Shown here piece by piece: positions 11,420 through 30,032 of a stretch of DNA of 64,000 nt. The translations under genes and the position numbers were made by a program. The notes beneath the pieces are model-generated. The model was not told the origin of the DNA, did no database searches, and saw only the letters and a program-made list of their open reading frames with translations. The DNA is from Octopus vulgaris (Eukaryota), in contig OX597828.1 in NCBI GenBank assembly GCA_951406725.2, positions 1,364,001 through 1,428,000 on the forward strand. The letters are read 5' to 3'. Each line of letters begins with the position of its first letter. The first letter of the stretch is position 1.

Positions 11420-13143
11420 ACACATTAGGCATGTGGCTAAAGGAAGGTTCTAGCCAAGTCAAGAGTAACATGGTTTTGGATTCATAAGGTTGATAGGGCA
11501 GCTAAGGCTAAGAGATCAGCTTGGAAAACATGGAAGGGTGGTTGTAAGGAGCATTATCAAATGGCTAGAAGGGCATCTAGGTGTTGGGTGTATTTCGTTA
11601 AGTGTCAAGTATAGAGGAAAAGATTTGCACCTGATCCTCTGACTCTGAACCTGCAGCATGAGAGGGTTCAGGATTGTGAGAGCATGTGTGAAAGAGAACC
11701 GAGATGTTATTGGTGACAAGTGTATTTAGAATGATGAAGGCAAATAAGACATTGATATGGAACAAAAGGAAGTGCTATTATGAAAAGCTGCTGAACATGA
11801 AGAATGCATGGGTTAAATAGGAATTACCTTATGCTGACCGAATCGAGGGATCAACAATTCCAGTTTATAGAAGTGTGGTAGATAAAGTAATCAAGGACAT
11901 AAAGAGGGGAAAAGTTATAGGCTCTTCAGCGATTGTTACAGAGATGCTCAAAATATCTGGGCGAGTAGGATGCAAGTGGAAGGTGTGACACTGAACAACT
12001 GACTTAGCAGTGTTATTGTAAACTGCTACAAAGGCAAAGGAGATACCTTCGAAGCAACTATAGAGGAATCAAACTACTAGACAAAGTTATGAAGATCATG
12101 GAGAAAGTTATGGCCCAATTGATCTATGACAGGCATCATAGATACAATCTTCCTAGTGAGGCAGCCTCAGGAGAAATACCTGGCTAAGAATAAACTGCTA
12201 TTCCTGGTTTTCATTGATTTGGAGAAAGCACTTGACTGGGTACTGTGCTCAGTAATTGGGTTGTCACTGAGGAAAGTAGGTATAGCTGAATGGCTTGTGT
12301 GGGTAGTTGAAGCTATGTAAAGGATACAGAAAGTGAAAGTTGGTAACAATTTCTGAGATGAATTTAGTTCATCGTGGTTCAGTACTCTTGTTTATATTTA
12401 TACAAGCCACCAAAACAGGAATTTCAAGGAGCTATTACCACTGCTGACAAAGATCTTTTCTTCTAGAGTGAAAGAAAGATTGTATGACACTAGTGTTAGA
12501 ACTGTGATGCTGCATGACAATGAGACATGGACCTTGAGAAGACTGGAAAGAAAAGAAACGAGTATTCTCTGTTGGATGTGTGATGTAAGTGTGTATAAAA
12601 GACAATTACGAAACTGGGTAAGAGGAATCAGATGTGTACAAGAAAGAAGACTGTGCTAGTATGGACATGTGATATGTATGGATGAGGGCAGCAGCATAAT
12701 GAAGTCCTGATCGCTTAATGTGGCTGGAATGTGTGGAACAGGGAGACCTAGAAAGACTCCAGAATGAAATTTCTTTTCTATATTATATAAATCTTTTCAT
12801 TTTCCTTTTTTTTTAATGTTTACATTTATATCCTGTGCCGGTGGCACATAAAAACCACTATCCAAATGTGGTTGATGTTAGTTCGCCCTGACTGGTTCCC
12901 GTGCCGGTGGTATGTAAAAAGCACCATCCGAACATGATTGATGCCAGTACCCCCTGACCAGCTCCTGTGCTTGTGGCATGTAAAAAGCACCCACTACACT
13001 CTCAAAGTGGTTGGTATTAGGAAGAGCATCCTGTTGTAGAAACATTGTCATATCAGACTGGAGCCTGGTGCGGCCTCCTGGCTTTGCAGTTCTCAGTCAA
13101 ACCATCCAGCATGGAAAACGGATGCTAAACAATGATGATGATG
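11420..13143 (+). mobile_element. Older, deleted copy of the same RTE LINE family
   Basis: Decayed homology to 7600-9620 (FLVRQ..EKYLAK, FIDLEKA.D.V) and the same 3'UTR and (GAT)n tail at 12830-13143. Confidence 0.8.
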
Positions 13144-13748
13144 TGTGGCTGGAAGAGATTTAAAGAGAAGGAGAGCGTGTGAGAATGAGTGTGAGTGTCA
13201 TGTGCCTTAGTGTAGTTTGTAAGTTAGTAGTAGTTTTGGTTGTTTGTGTTGCAAACTATTCATGTCAAAAAATCTGGTTGTCAAACAAAAGCTGGCATTG
13301 AATATAACCTAACTTAATGCTAAACTGTGTCTGTTGCACCTGTCCCATCTTCAGATCTGGCTTCTAGGTTTAATTTTATAAGTTTCAGAGAAATCTGATG
13401 GAGCAGATCTGTACTGATATCACTCAAAATCTGGAAGTTGTTTATATAGAATTTCTTGATTGGAGGCAACATGTCCAGGGTTAAAAACAAAGTATACACT
13501 TAATACATTACTCCTTCATTTGAGAGTTGGTTATTTAACAATGAGTGAAATCAGCATGACTACAGCTGCATGCACTTAAAATGAATAAAAGAATATGTAC
13601 ATATGTGTGTGTGTATGTGTATATATATATATATATATATACACATTTTTCTATTTTGGATATATTTGGGGTACTTAAGTCTGCTCGGGTCTTGGTGCTT
13701 GCTTCTTCCATGGGTATGAATAAGTATTTCATTTATATCTCGCGTATG

Positions 13749-13807
13749 TGCCGCTGAAGAGGGGAAAATTTCTTGTGAATTAACTCCGAAATTGGACCAA
13801 TACGGTA
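13749..13807 (+). ncRNA. Minimal type I hammerhead ribozyme (Penelope-type terminal repeat)
   Basis: TGCCG-CTGAAGA-GGGG...CTCC-GAAA-TTGG A CCAA-TA-CGGTA. Core is intact, stems I and II pair, stem III is palindromic. Confidence 0.7.
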
Positions 13808-13969
13808 ATAACAAATTTTTTTAGAGATTTCTATCGGTTTGTTTTGAGACGCATAAATTTAATGGTTATCAACAATTTTTTTGTTTCGGCGTATCTGGCA
13901 TTAGAATTTTTCTTCTGCCCTTATATATATATATACATACAATATTAGATATTACAATTCTATATTTAA

Positions 13970-14335
13970 GAGATGAGGAATTATGTACATTATTTACATT
14001 TGACGGATATTTGTCCTCATCTTGTTTGTTGTTAACACAGTGTTTCGGCTGATATATCCTCCTGCCTTCATCAGGTGTCTTGGGGAAATTTCAAACCTGG
14101 GTTCTCATTCCTAAGGTATATGGCGTAGTGGTTAAGAGCGCGGCTACTAACCTCAAGATTCCGAGTTCGATTCCAGGCAGTGACCTGAATAATAATAATA
14201 ACGTTGAAAAATACCGTATGAATGAGAACCCAGATTTGAAATTTCCCCAAGATGAAGGCTTGAGGGTATATCAGCTGAAACATGTTAACAAACAAGATGA
14301 GGACAAATATCCGTCAATTGTAAATAATGAATATT
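13970..14335. mobile_element. Composite repeat: inverted Penelope-like ends around a tRNA-derived head
   Basis: 13988-14110 is roughly the reverse complement of 14220-14330. The centre (14121-14185) has A-box TGGCGTAGTGG and B-box GAGTTCGATTCC. Confidence 0.6.
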
Positions 14336-14669
14336 AGATATGTACATATATACACAAGGGTACTGCATGAGCACCTACATCGCTAAAAATACTTCTGTAC
14401 CACCGAATAGTCACAAATCTATTACAGACATGATAAGAAAAAATATCAGTAAACAACAATAACGTCTTACCTCTGCTGGGTCAGTACAAGTAAATGCTGG
14501 TCAATATGGTACCAGTTTTGAAATTTAGCGCCAAATAGGTGCCTGATTTCTCATCAGCCAAAGTCTGCCTTCTAATTACGACTAAAATTCTCCCCCATCA
14601 TGCCTGCAAAAGTTCGTTTGAAGTGACCAAGCACTATAGGAACAAACAAAATGTGAAAATTATACACAG

Positions 14670-14727
<58 letters not shown>

Positions 14728-14799
14728 AATGTGAAGAAACAAAAGACCTGGTAATTCAATCTGCAAACATGTCTCCGATTTTGTTTCTTCACATTACAT

Positions 14800-15640
14800 A
14801 TTTATATCTTTCGTCTCAGGTTACTCTTGAGCACTTCTAAGTCCAAACGTCTACACTGTGAGAGATGCTGTGCGTATGGTGGAACTGGGAAGGGATTATC
14901 CATTACGAATTGTTTGAATGGAACCAAACGGGCAACACGGAACTCTATGTTCAACAGATGGAACAACTCAACACGGCTATTCATGGACAGAAGCAACGAT
15001 TTCTATACCTAATCGTTACTAGCGACGAAAAATGGTGCCTGTACATCAATATGAAGCAGCGTAACGAATGGCTTAACCTCGGTAAACAAGCGACACCGTT
15101 CGTGAAACAAGATCTTCATCCATGTAAAATGATACTGTGCGTATGGTGGGACTGGGAACGGATTATCCATTACGAATTGCTTGAATGGAACCAACGGGCA
15201 ACACGGAACTCTATGTTCAACAGATGGAACAACTCAACACGGCTATTCAAGAGAAAAGACCTAATTGGCAGCATGGAATTCTTTTGCTTCATGATAACGT
15301 CCGCCCTCATATCGCCAACATGACCAAGGAAGCCATTCAAACGCATGGCTGGGAATTGCTGCCACACCCGCCATACTCTCCTGATTTGGCACCAACGGAT
15401 TTCCACCTCTTTCTATCTCTTTCAAATGATATGCGTGGAGTTTCGTTCAATACTGATGTAGAATTGAGAGCTTGGTTGGATCAATTTTTCGAGTCGAAAT
15501 CGGATGATTTCTACCAACGAGGTATTGAAAATCTTGTTGAACATTGGGAAGAAGTTGTAAACAACACGGGTATTAATTAATTAGTTGCTTTTTTTAATTA
15601 TTAAGCCTTTTAGCAAATTTGAAAAAAAAAAGCGGCGGTA
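14800..15640 (+). mobile_element. Mariner (Mos1-like) transposase remnant with an internal duplication
   Basis: IVTSDEKW, LLHDNVRPH and HPPYSPDLAPTDFHLF motifs. 14866-14983 duplicates 15134-15250. Confidence 0.9.
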
Positions 15641-15654
15641 GATATGTGTGTGTG

Positions 15655-15787
15655 AGATATGGTACTGTGGTAAGAAGTTTGCTTCCCAACCACATAGTTT
15701 CAGGTTCAGTCCCACTGCATAGCATCTTGGGCAAGTGTCTTCTACTATAGCCTTGGGCTGATCAAAGCCTTAAACTGAAAGAAGCCC

Positions 15788-15836
<49 letters not shown>

Positions 15837-16072
15837 GTACATACGTATGTGTGTGTGTGCTTGGTGTCTGTGTTTGTCCTTCATCACTGCTTGACAACTG
15901 GTATTGGTGTGTTTGCATCCCCGTAACTTAGCAGTTTGGAAAAAAAGATATTGAGAGCATAAGTACCAGGCTTAACAAAACATAAGTACCCGGGTGGATT
16001 CACTTGATTAAGATTCCTCAAGGTAGTACCCCAGCATGACTGCAATCTGTTGGTTGAAACAAGTAAAAGATA
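15655..16072 (+). mobile_element. tRNA-derived SINE with an internal (TA)n/(TG)n
   Basis: A/B-box-like head (tgtggtaagaag...ggttcagtccc), then ttgggcaagtgtcttct and a body shared with 58485-58870. Confidence 0.75.
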
Positions 16073-16179
16073 AATACGTGCACACACACACACACACTGA
16101 GACATACACACACACATACACACAGACATGTATATCTTTTATCTTTTACTGGTTTCAGCCAGAGGCTGGGGCCATGCTG

Positions 16180-17040
16180 GAGCACCACCTTTTAATGTAT
16201 TTGAGATTCATTTCTATACTGTTTCTGCTGAAGTTAGATAGAGCTGCTCTTCTCTGTGAGTTCCTCTGGTATTTCAGATAAAAATTTGTCCAGGCACTCT
16301 GTGAAGACCACCACAGCAACACCTTGCAAATCTCTGAGGTTTTTTGGTAGAATGTTGAACAGTTGTGGACCCTTGGGTCTTTATTTGAGATGTAGAAAAT
16401 GGGATCTTTGGTCCTATACAGTAAACTCCAGATCAGTAGTTGGTATATCTTTCAGTTTCAAACTGAGGAGCTAGACCTTTCAAGATCTCCAATATGTATA
16501 TCACTGCATACCTTTCATGTCTTCTCTCTGGGGACTAGAGCTTCAATTCCTTTAGCCTCTTTCATTAGCTCATCTATTTTACCGAGTCAATCTTCTTTGT
16601 GTAGTGGTGCTTGATTGACTCAAGTTCTGCCACCAGTTTGGCACCCTACAGAGATCACTAATCCAGACTACTAAGAACAAAAGTTCTCTATAACAGTAGC
16701 ATGGTGTCCTTTTTTCTGGTGTTAAATGATCTCAGAATCCATCCAGTTACACGCCTGCAGAGTGTTATGTGGATTCCCAGGTCACACACTGACTCTGATT
16801 CTCTGATTACACTCTCCCCTGGCTAGTGTATTCTATCTGTGTGCTGTTTGTGGGACGATAGTGGAGTGCTTGAAAGTTCACAGCATTGAACTACATGTTA
16901 TTTTCATCAGCCCATTTGTATATTGCATGCAGGTTCATGATGTCATCAAGGTCCTTGACTGCCTCTGATACATTTGTATCGTCAGCTGGTGAGACTGGCT
17001 GAAGGAGCCACCAAAAACTAGTAGTACCAGTACAGTTCCT
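16180..17040 (-). mobile_element. Decayed CR1/L2-like LINE RT 3' fragment
   Basis: Minus-strand ADDT motif followed by ...L..IYKWADENNM.FN, typical of CR1/L2-group RT. Confidence 0.65.
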
Positions 17041-17052
17041 TGAGGGGCTCTT

Positions 17053-17092
<40 letters not shown>

Positions 17093-17105
17093 TATATGTA
17101 TGTTT

Positions 17106-17154
<49 letters not shown>

Positions 17155-17155
<1 letters not shown>

Positions 17156-17580
17156 TACATGGAAAATGTGAGGAAGAGAAATATTCTTAAGATTATAAAC
17201 CTGGAAAATTAATAGTCTTGACCCAATGCTTATTTTTTACATAATGAATTTGCCTACCATATTTACTATTCTACTTTGCATAAAACTTTAGCTATATTGG
17301 TACTTCTGGCTCTCGTTTTTTAAGTATTCTAGTGTGTCAATATTTTAACAAAATGATGGTGCCTTTTTTAATTATAATGTTACTATGTAAATTAAAATCA
17401 AATAACTTTTAATATTCAAATTTTATTCTTAGCTGCAATATTTTAAGTAAAAATTTTCTTGTTTTGTACTTTACCAGATGTAATAAGTTGACCTGAACTT
17501 TTCCAAGCGTAATAACTTGTCCTGTACTTTTCCAGGTTTATAATCTTAAGAATATTATTTCTCACATTTTCCCATGTAAT
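17155..17580. mobile_element. MITE with ~55-bp terminal inverted repeats
   Basis: ttacatggaaaatgtgag...cttaagattataaacctggaaaa pairs with ttttccaggtttataatcttaag...ctcacattttcccatgtaa. Confidence 0.7.
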
Positions 17581-17654
17581 CCATGTTTTTTTCCAGGCTA
17601 TGCTATTATGTTAATTAATAATGTCAAATGTGTCAATTAGCAGTGTCATTGATA

Positions 17655-17852
17655 ATTTTTTCCTTACCTCAATGATACCGGTGATATATATTAAAAGTCC
17701 CCTTATAGAACTGTATTCATAAAAAAGTATAGAACTATATTATCACCCTCAAATTTGAGAAACAAACACTTATAACTTTTTTCTTTTAAAACTTCATTGC
17801 ATGAGATTGATACCATGAAATTCCTCGAATTGAGTTCTATCATTTAAGCTAA
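17655..17852 (+). repeat. Unclassified interspersed repeat (second copy at ~54195-54395)
   Basis: About 200 bp, nearly identical to 54195-54395. Confidence 0.75.
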
Positions 17853-18239
17853 ACTATGTCTTGCAAACAACTTGCACATGCAAGTGCTACCAGTCAAGAA
17901 CTCCACATACCGGAAGCCAGGAAGTGTATGGGGTCATCAGGAGAGAATGCGCGCCATTTCGGGGCCTACCTCTCGACGGCATCAATGCGCACCGGCCCTC
18001 ATCACTTGTTAGATCAACTGGTTATTAAATATAGCCCAATATTCCTCTAGCCATTGCTCATTGTCTCTTTTTAACTAAATCCAGTGGCTAGCCTTCTCCA
18101 CTGTAGTTTGGATATCGGTCATGGTGGTATTTACAATGAGTTAGGCCTAACGATAGCAACAGTCGTCTCACACTGTGTCAAGTAAACCCTCTACACCCGA
18201 CTTCGAACTTGCAAGCTGTTCGGTGTTGTAGGAAACTTC

Positions 18240-18430
18240 AACATCAATGGAAGATGAAGACAAGATATACTTGCCACGCAAGGATAGTGACCGTGGTCTC
18301 AAATCTTTTCTGATATTATATGAAGCGCGGATTGTGAAATTGAAACAAAATCTGCAGCAGAGGAAAGAGATGAACGACTCTCTTTTACAAGTTTGTAACC
18401 ACGAAAGCGATTGAACTTGAGGAGAGGTAT
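18240..18430 (+). mobile_element. R4/Dong-like LINE fragment
   Basis: DKIYLPRKDSDRGL resembles the DRLYL.R..GGRGL motif also seen near 62360. Confidence 0.55.
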
Positions 18431-18459
18431 GAAGTAAGAGCTGATACAGGTCTCTCCTC

Positions 18460-21400
18460 CCATTTTCTGATTCCTCCGATATGTCGTCAGATGAAGGCGA
18501 CATTGAAGAATGGCAAATAGTCACAAGGAGGGGAGAAGAAAAGGGGTAAAAAAGAACAACCACACAATCAAACAAGGCCGTGAGATACACAACTCCCGAC
18601 AACAAAACTCCCACACGTAACAACACCAGCACCAGCTCTACAAACACACAAACACTAACAATGTTAACAGCCATCAACACCAACAATTTGGACCGGATGC
18701 AATACATAAGGTCAAACACCGACATAACACAAGACAATGTTAAAACAAACAATCACCCACACACAACACCACCGCAACACATAAAAATCCTGCACATGAC
18801 GCAAAATACGCACAATACACTGAAATCTCTCTACCCTGATGCAGTAGGGTACTTTTGTTGATCAGTAAATTTATTTCACTTGAAATTCTATAAATTTTCA
18901 ACAGCGATTTAGCACCGACAACTAACAAGGCCAAGCTACTCCAGACTGATGAAGGTAACTACCCTGAAACTAGTCTCTGATTGCTGGCTTTGTTGGGTGG
19001 GGGTGCTTATCTCCTCTGTTTGAAAACTTAAGGACATAGGACGCTTGTGTCACGTACCTAACTAGAAACGATGTTTCCTGGGGCTAAATAGCAGTAGCAT
19101 TCTTTCCTTTCCTGGGACTGCCACGTTAAGTTGGTAACAAACAATCACTTTATCATGCTGCTACTGTATAAATCTCTCTGAGATGTTTAGAATTGCAATA
19201 TTTCTAATTCTATATAAAAACTTGCTGACAAACTTTCTAGGAGGATAGCAACCAACTTTCGAACTGTAAGTGACTCTCTCCCTCTTTCCTATTTATTTTT
19301 CTCCTTGTGTGTAAAGCACAAATTTTGTTAGAGCCATGCTCAAAATAGGTAGTGTAAATGAATGCGGCTTGAGGTCGCCTTGGAAACAAGGTTACCTCTT
19401 AAATGATATCAATTTACAGAACATAGATATCATAGTCATCAGTGAAACCAGACTCTCCAACCCGCACCCCCTCCCCAGCCCATATTCGGCAGACAATTCG
19501 ATATTTATTTTTCCCCGTGTCTACCGAGAATGGGCGGTGGTGGTACTGCGGTGCTTTTTCGAAAGAATCTGGATCTGAAAGTAAGGGCAGTATTCCTGGA
19601 CCCGGAGGGAAGGCTGGTCATCCTGGATGTCGATGGCCAGTAATGGGTATGCTTTTCCACTGATAACAGTTTATGCACCGTCCTTAACAGGTCGGCCGGA
19701 TTTCTTTCGACGTGTAGAGGTTTTCCGGGGAACGTCTCGATCTTTACTTTTAGTGGGGGATTGGAACGCTATCTTGGACACGCATCTAGACTACGTGGGT
19801 AGAGATACGAATAGGAGAGGATGTAAATGTCCCAAAGATCTGCTCAGACGTTTCCAGCTGTCTGACAGGTACCGACTGGACCACCCAAATGTAGCAATGT
19901 GGACATGGAGCAAACGCAAGGGGTCGTCCAGATCGTATATAGATTGAGTATTCTGTTGAACAGTAGATAGGGATAGTTTAGGTTGTCCACAATTTCATAT
20001 AGTGAGCTACACAGATCACACATTTGTGACTTGTACGCTTGACTTAGATAAGAATCATAGGCAGGGTCCCGGTCACTGGAAACTGAACTCGTCGTTCACG
20101 GTGCGCCAGGCTTGCAGAAACCGGATTAGCACATTAGTGATCGTCAACAACCGCTGGTGTTATGCCCTAAAGAGATCAATCAAAGCAGAATCGTTTAGGT
20201 ATAGCAAGGCTTTAGCAATAGACCGAAATAGAATAGAGGGAGGCTAAACTCAAAAGATGCGTTGTCAGAGCTAGGATGCATGCTCCGAAAAACGAAGGTG
20301 TTGCAGCAGCCTGAGATGCCCGGGTGGCGGAGGCACAACGAGGCCACAAAATCACCATTCGGTCACTAATGGATAAACAGGAGCACGAAATACTCGAGCC
20401 CGAAAAGATATGTGAGGCTTTTCAGCAGCATTTTGCCCGACTGTCCAGGACGACTGGTGCCTACCTGCATGGCCTGCCACGACTCTCGGCAAGAAAGGTG
20501 GTGTGTAGTGAAAGACTTATCACAGCCGCAGTTGTACGGAACGTGATAGCAGGCTGTGCGGGAGACAAGTCACCAGGCTTGGATGGTTTGAACTACGAGC
20601 TTTCTTGTCATATGCCAGACTTGTTTGGAGAAGCCTTGGAAACAGTCTACTGCAACTGGCAGCAAAACAGGTGTATCCCAGTTTTGTGAAGCGAGGAGCA
20701 GTGACGCTGCTAAAGAAAGAACCAAGCAAGTAGGGTGTTATAGATAATTTCCGGCCCATCACTCTGCTCAACACAGATCTGAAGATTTTGGCCGAGATGC
20801 CAGCCGAGACGTAAGCGCTGGTCATCGAAAAACTGGACGACAGGGCGCAAATATGCGCCGTGCCGGGAAGGAGTATGACAACCTCCATCTTATGCGCTAC
20901 ATTCTAGACGGGGTAGTTAAAGAACCTGGCATCGATACTTGGAGGCTGTCCTCAGAGCGGCTGGTTTTGATCCCATCTTCCGCGGTTGGATCGCTGCTTT
21001 ATACAGCGGCATCCGCTCGGTAGTTCGCGTAAATGGTCATCTGTCCAGACCATTTTACATCATGCGTTCGGTCCGTCAAAAATGTCCTCTCTCGTCGCTT
21101 TTGTATGTATTGACTCCAGAGCCATTATTGCGGAAGCTGGCGACGCTGAGGGGCATCCCGCGAGAATTGGGATGCGGGAGGAGCGTTTCTGCATACGCAG
21201 ACGACGTCACCGTCACAGTGTCGAGCCACAGTCATATCGACCTGGTCGGCGAGACACTAAAAGATTAGGAAGCGGTAACGGGAGCGAAAATTAACCCGGA
21301 AAAGTCAGTGGGCTTTCGGCTCGGCACCTGGAGAAGCAAGCCTATACCGTCCAACAACATCTTCATCGTGGGACACTGGGCCGACGGACCGGTTAAATTG

Positions 21401-22116
21401 CTCGGAGTCTGGTTTGGTCCGGATCTCCAAATGGAAAAGAACTGGGTCGAGATAACTAGTAGAGTGGCTAGTCACACCAAGCAATAGGCCAAGAGGAAGT
21501 TATCTGTAAAAGGTTGGACTGAGGTATCGAATGCGTATATCGCATCCGTCATCTATTACCGTCTGACCGTCGTGCGTTTTCCGGAACCTATGCGTTTCAT
21601 AGACGACGGTGAACAGGTGTGGTCGCCGTTTGTGAGGTGCGCTTTCTCGCAACTTGTCTCTTTGACCGAACTGCAGTCGTGGATAAAACAGAAACCGAGG
21701 CTGGGTGAATGGCACCGCGAGTACCGCCTTGCTCTCGAACAACTCTGTAATGTCCAAACATTTCAGACCTGTGGGCTGATGTCGAACGGCTGCTGTCATG
21801 TGTGGGACGAATTCGGTTGTCGGCCGAGTCTATTGTGAATATTACTCCGCCACCCTCCTTTAACTGGGAAGGGAAGGTAGTTTCTATTGTACTAGTGGCT
21901 AGGGTAAAAGAATGTGTGTGGTGGACTCGTGCGAAAGGTTTAGAGAGTAACACTTTCCTCTCTGGCCAATCGCTCATCAACTTTTTCAAGTACCACTTGA
22001 AAAGGAAGGTGAGAATAGAGAGGAAAGCTTTGTCTCTTTAAAGTTTCAATAAAAGGTGGGTGAATGTAGCAAAGATGGTGAATGACATAACCACTTTGAG
22101 CATAATCCTGTAAATT

Positions 22117-22173
<57 letters not shown>

Positions 22174-22430
22174 TTTGCTCTCATGTGTTCTTTCCCTGCC
22201 TGAGGTTACTGTGGTCTTTTTCGTAGGCTTTTCTTTCCACGGATAAACCTAATCTGTATTAAATTTTTACTTCCCCTTCTGGGAACTCTGTTATAAACGG
22301 AACATTATTATTTCGCTGTTTACATGTCCCAAACGCTTTCGATCCCTTCTGAAAAAGAAAAGTTCTACAGTGTATTGTTCCCTCTGTATTCGGTCCTGCG
22401 TGCCTAATAAAGAAATCTGTCTGCCTGTCA
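18460..22430 (+). mobile_element. Tx1-clade LINE copy A (degenerate, 5'-truncated, interrupted by a Penelope-like end)
   Basis: ORF1 C-terminal domain, APE endonuclease (from 19336), RT (YADD near 21195), conserved 3'UTR, AATAAA, then (ATCT)n. Confidence 0.85.
18942..18979 (+). ncRNA. Minimal type I hammerhead ribozyme
   Basis: CAGA-CTGATGA-AGG TAACTAC CCT-GAAA-CTAG-TC-TCTG. Core is intact, cleavage triplet is GUC, stem III is palindromic. Flanks resemble the repeat at 54885-55345. Confidence 0.75.
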
Positions 22431-22431
22431 T

Positions 22432-22728
<297 letters not shown>

Positions 22729-23977
22729 GTGGTCGCCGTTTGTGAGGCACGCATTCCCGCAACTCGTCTCCATGACCGAACTACAGTCGTGGATCAAAAA
22801 GAGGCCGAGGAAGGGCGAATGGCACCGCGAGTGTCGCGTTGCTCTCAAGCAACTCTGCCGTCCCGGGTCGACCTTGAGTGACTTCAACACAACCAAAGCA
22901 TTCTATAGGGGATTAGTGGAGGGGAGGTACGACGACGAGCTCGGGGCAAACCTGGGCGTCGACGAGGAATACCTGACCCGCCTGTTTCAAACGACTTTCG
23001 GCCCGGGACCTATGGACAACTTCCAGAGATCCCTGGCCTGGCGGTGCTACCGAGAAGCGCTACCCGTTCGGGATAAGCTCTATAGGCATGGCTCGAGAAA
23101 CACGGGGCCGACCTGCCCGAGATGCGGGCAGAGCGACGAAACCGCTCTGCACGCAATCGTGCAGTGTCCAGCAATTTCCCACCTGTGGGCTTATGTCGAA
23201 CGACTGCTGTCACGTGTGGGACGTGTCGGTTTATCAGCCGAGTCTATCGTTAATATCGTCACGCCTCCTTCCTTCAAACGGGAAGGAAGAGCTATTTTTA
23301 TCATACTTGTGGCTATGGCGAAAGAATGTATCTGGTGGACGCGCCTGAAAGGATTAGAGACAAACACTTTCCTCTCTGGTCAATCTCTCATCAACTTCTT
23401 CAAGTATCACTTGAAGAGGAAAGTGAGAGTAGAGAGGCAAGCTTTGTCTAGTGAATGTTTTAAAAAAAGATGGGTGAATGTAGCAAGGATGGCACGTATG
23501 AATGACGAAGCCACCTTGAGCATAATCCTATGAACCCAGAAATTGAAAACAGAGGGTTACCCACTTGCAAACAAATGTGGTAACATATAACAATATTGAC
23601 CAATGTTACCGGGGTCTTTTTCGTAGGCTTTTCTTCCCACGGATAAACCTTACTTGCTTTCCCCTTTACACCATACATCATGACACTGTTATACACGATC
23701 CCTATTGATCGTTTTTTTCCCTCTCCCCCTTTTTTCCTCTTTTTTCTTCTTTTTTCATTTTTCTTTTCTTTCTTTCCCTTTTTCTTTTTTTTCCTTTCTT
23801 CTTCTTTTTTTTCTCTTTTCCTTTTTTTCTTTTCTTCTTTTTTTTGTTCTTTTTTCCCTTTTACGATCCCTTTTGATCGAAAACCTACGCCACCTTTTTT
23901 TTTTCTCCCCCAAAAGAAAAGCTCTACCTTGTAACTTGTCCTATCTGTGTGCAGCCCTGTGTGGCCAATAAAGAAAC

Positions 23978-23978
<1 letters not shown>
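22729..23978 (+). mobile_element. Tx1-clade LINE copy B (5'-truncated, 1.25 kb)
   Basis: Open ORF2 C-terminus with CPRC...H....C zinc motif to the stop at 23533, then a conserved 3'UTR. Both ends abut (ATCT)n. Confidence 0.9.
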
Positions 23979-24051
<73 letters not shown>

Positions 24052-24097
24052 GTCTATCTGTCTGTATGTCTATCTATCTATCTATCTATCTATCTAC

Positions 24098-24147
<50 letters not shown>

Positions 24148-24157
24148 CTCTGTCTAT
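23979..24157 (+). repeat. (ATCT)n microsatellite
   Basis: Directly visible, between copies B and C. Confidence 0.95.

Positions 24158-30032
<5,875 letters not shown>

Noticed and set aside
14121-14190. Functional tRNA gene
   Set aside because: A/B boxes are present but there is no convincing acceptor stem or terminator, and it is embedded in a repeat. It is better read as a SINE head.
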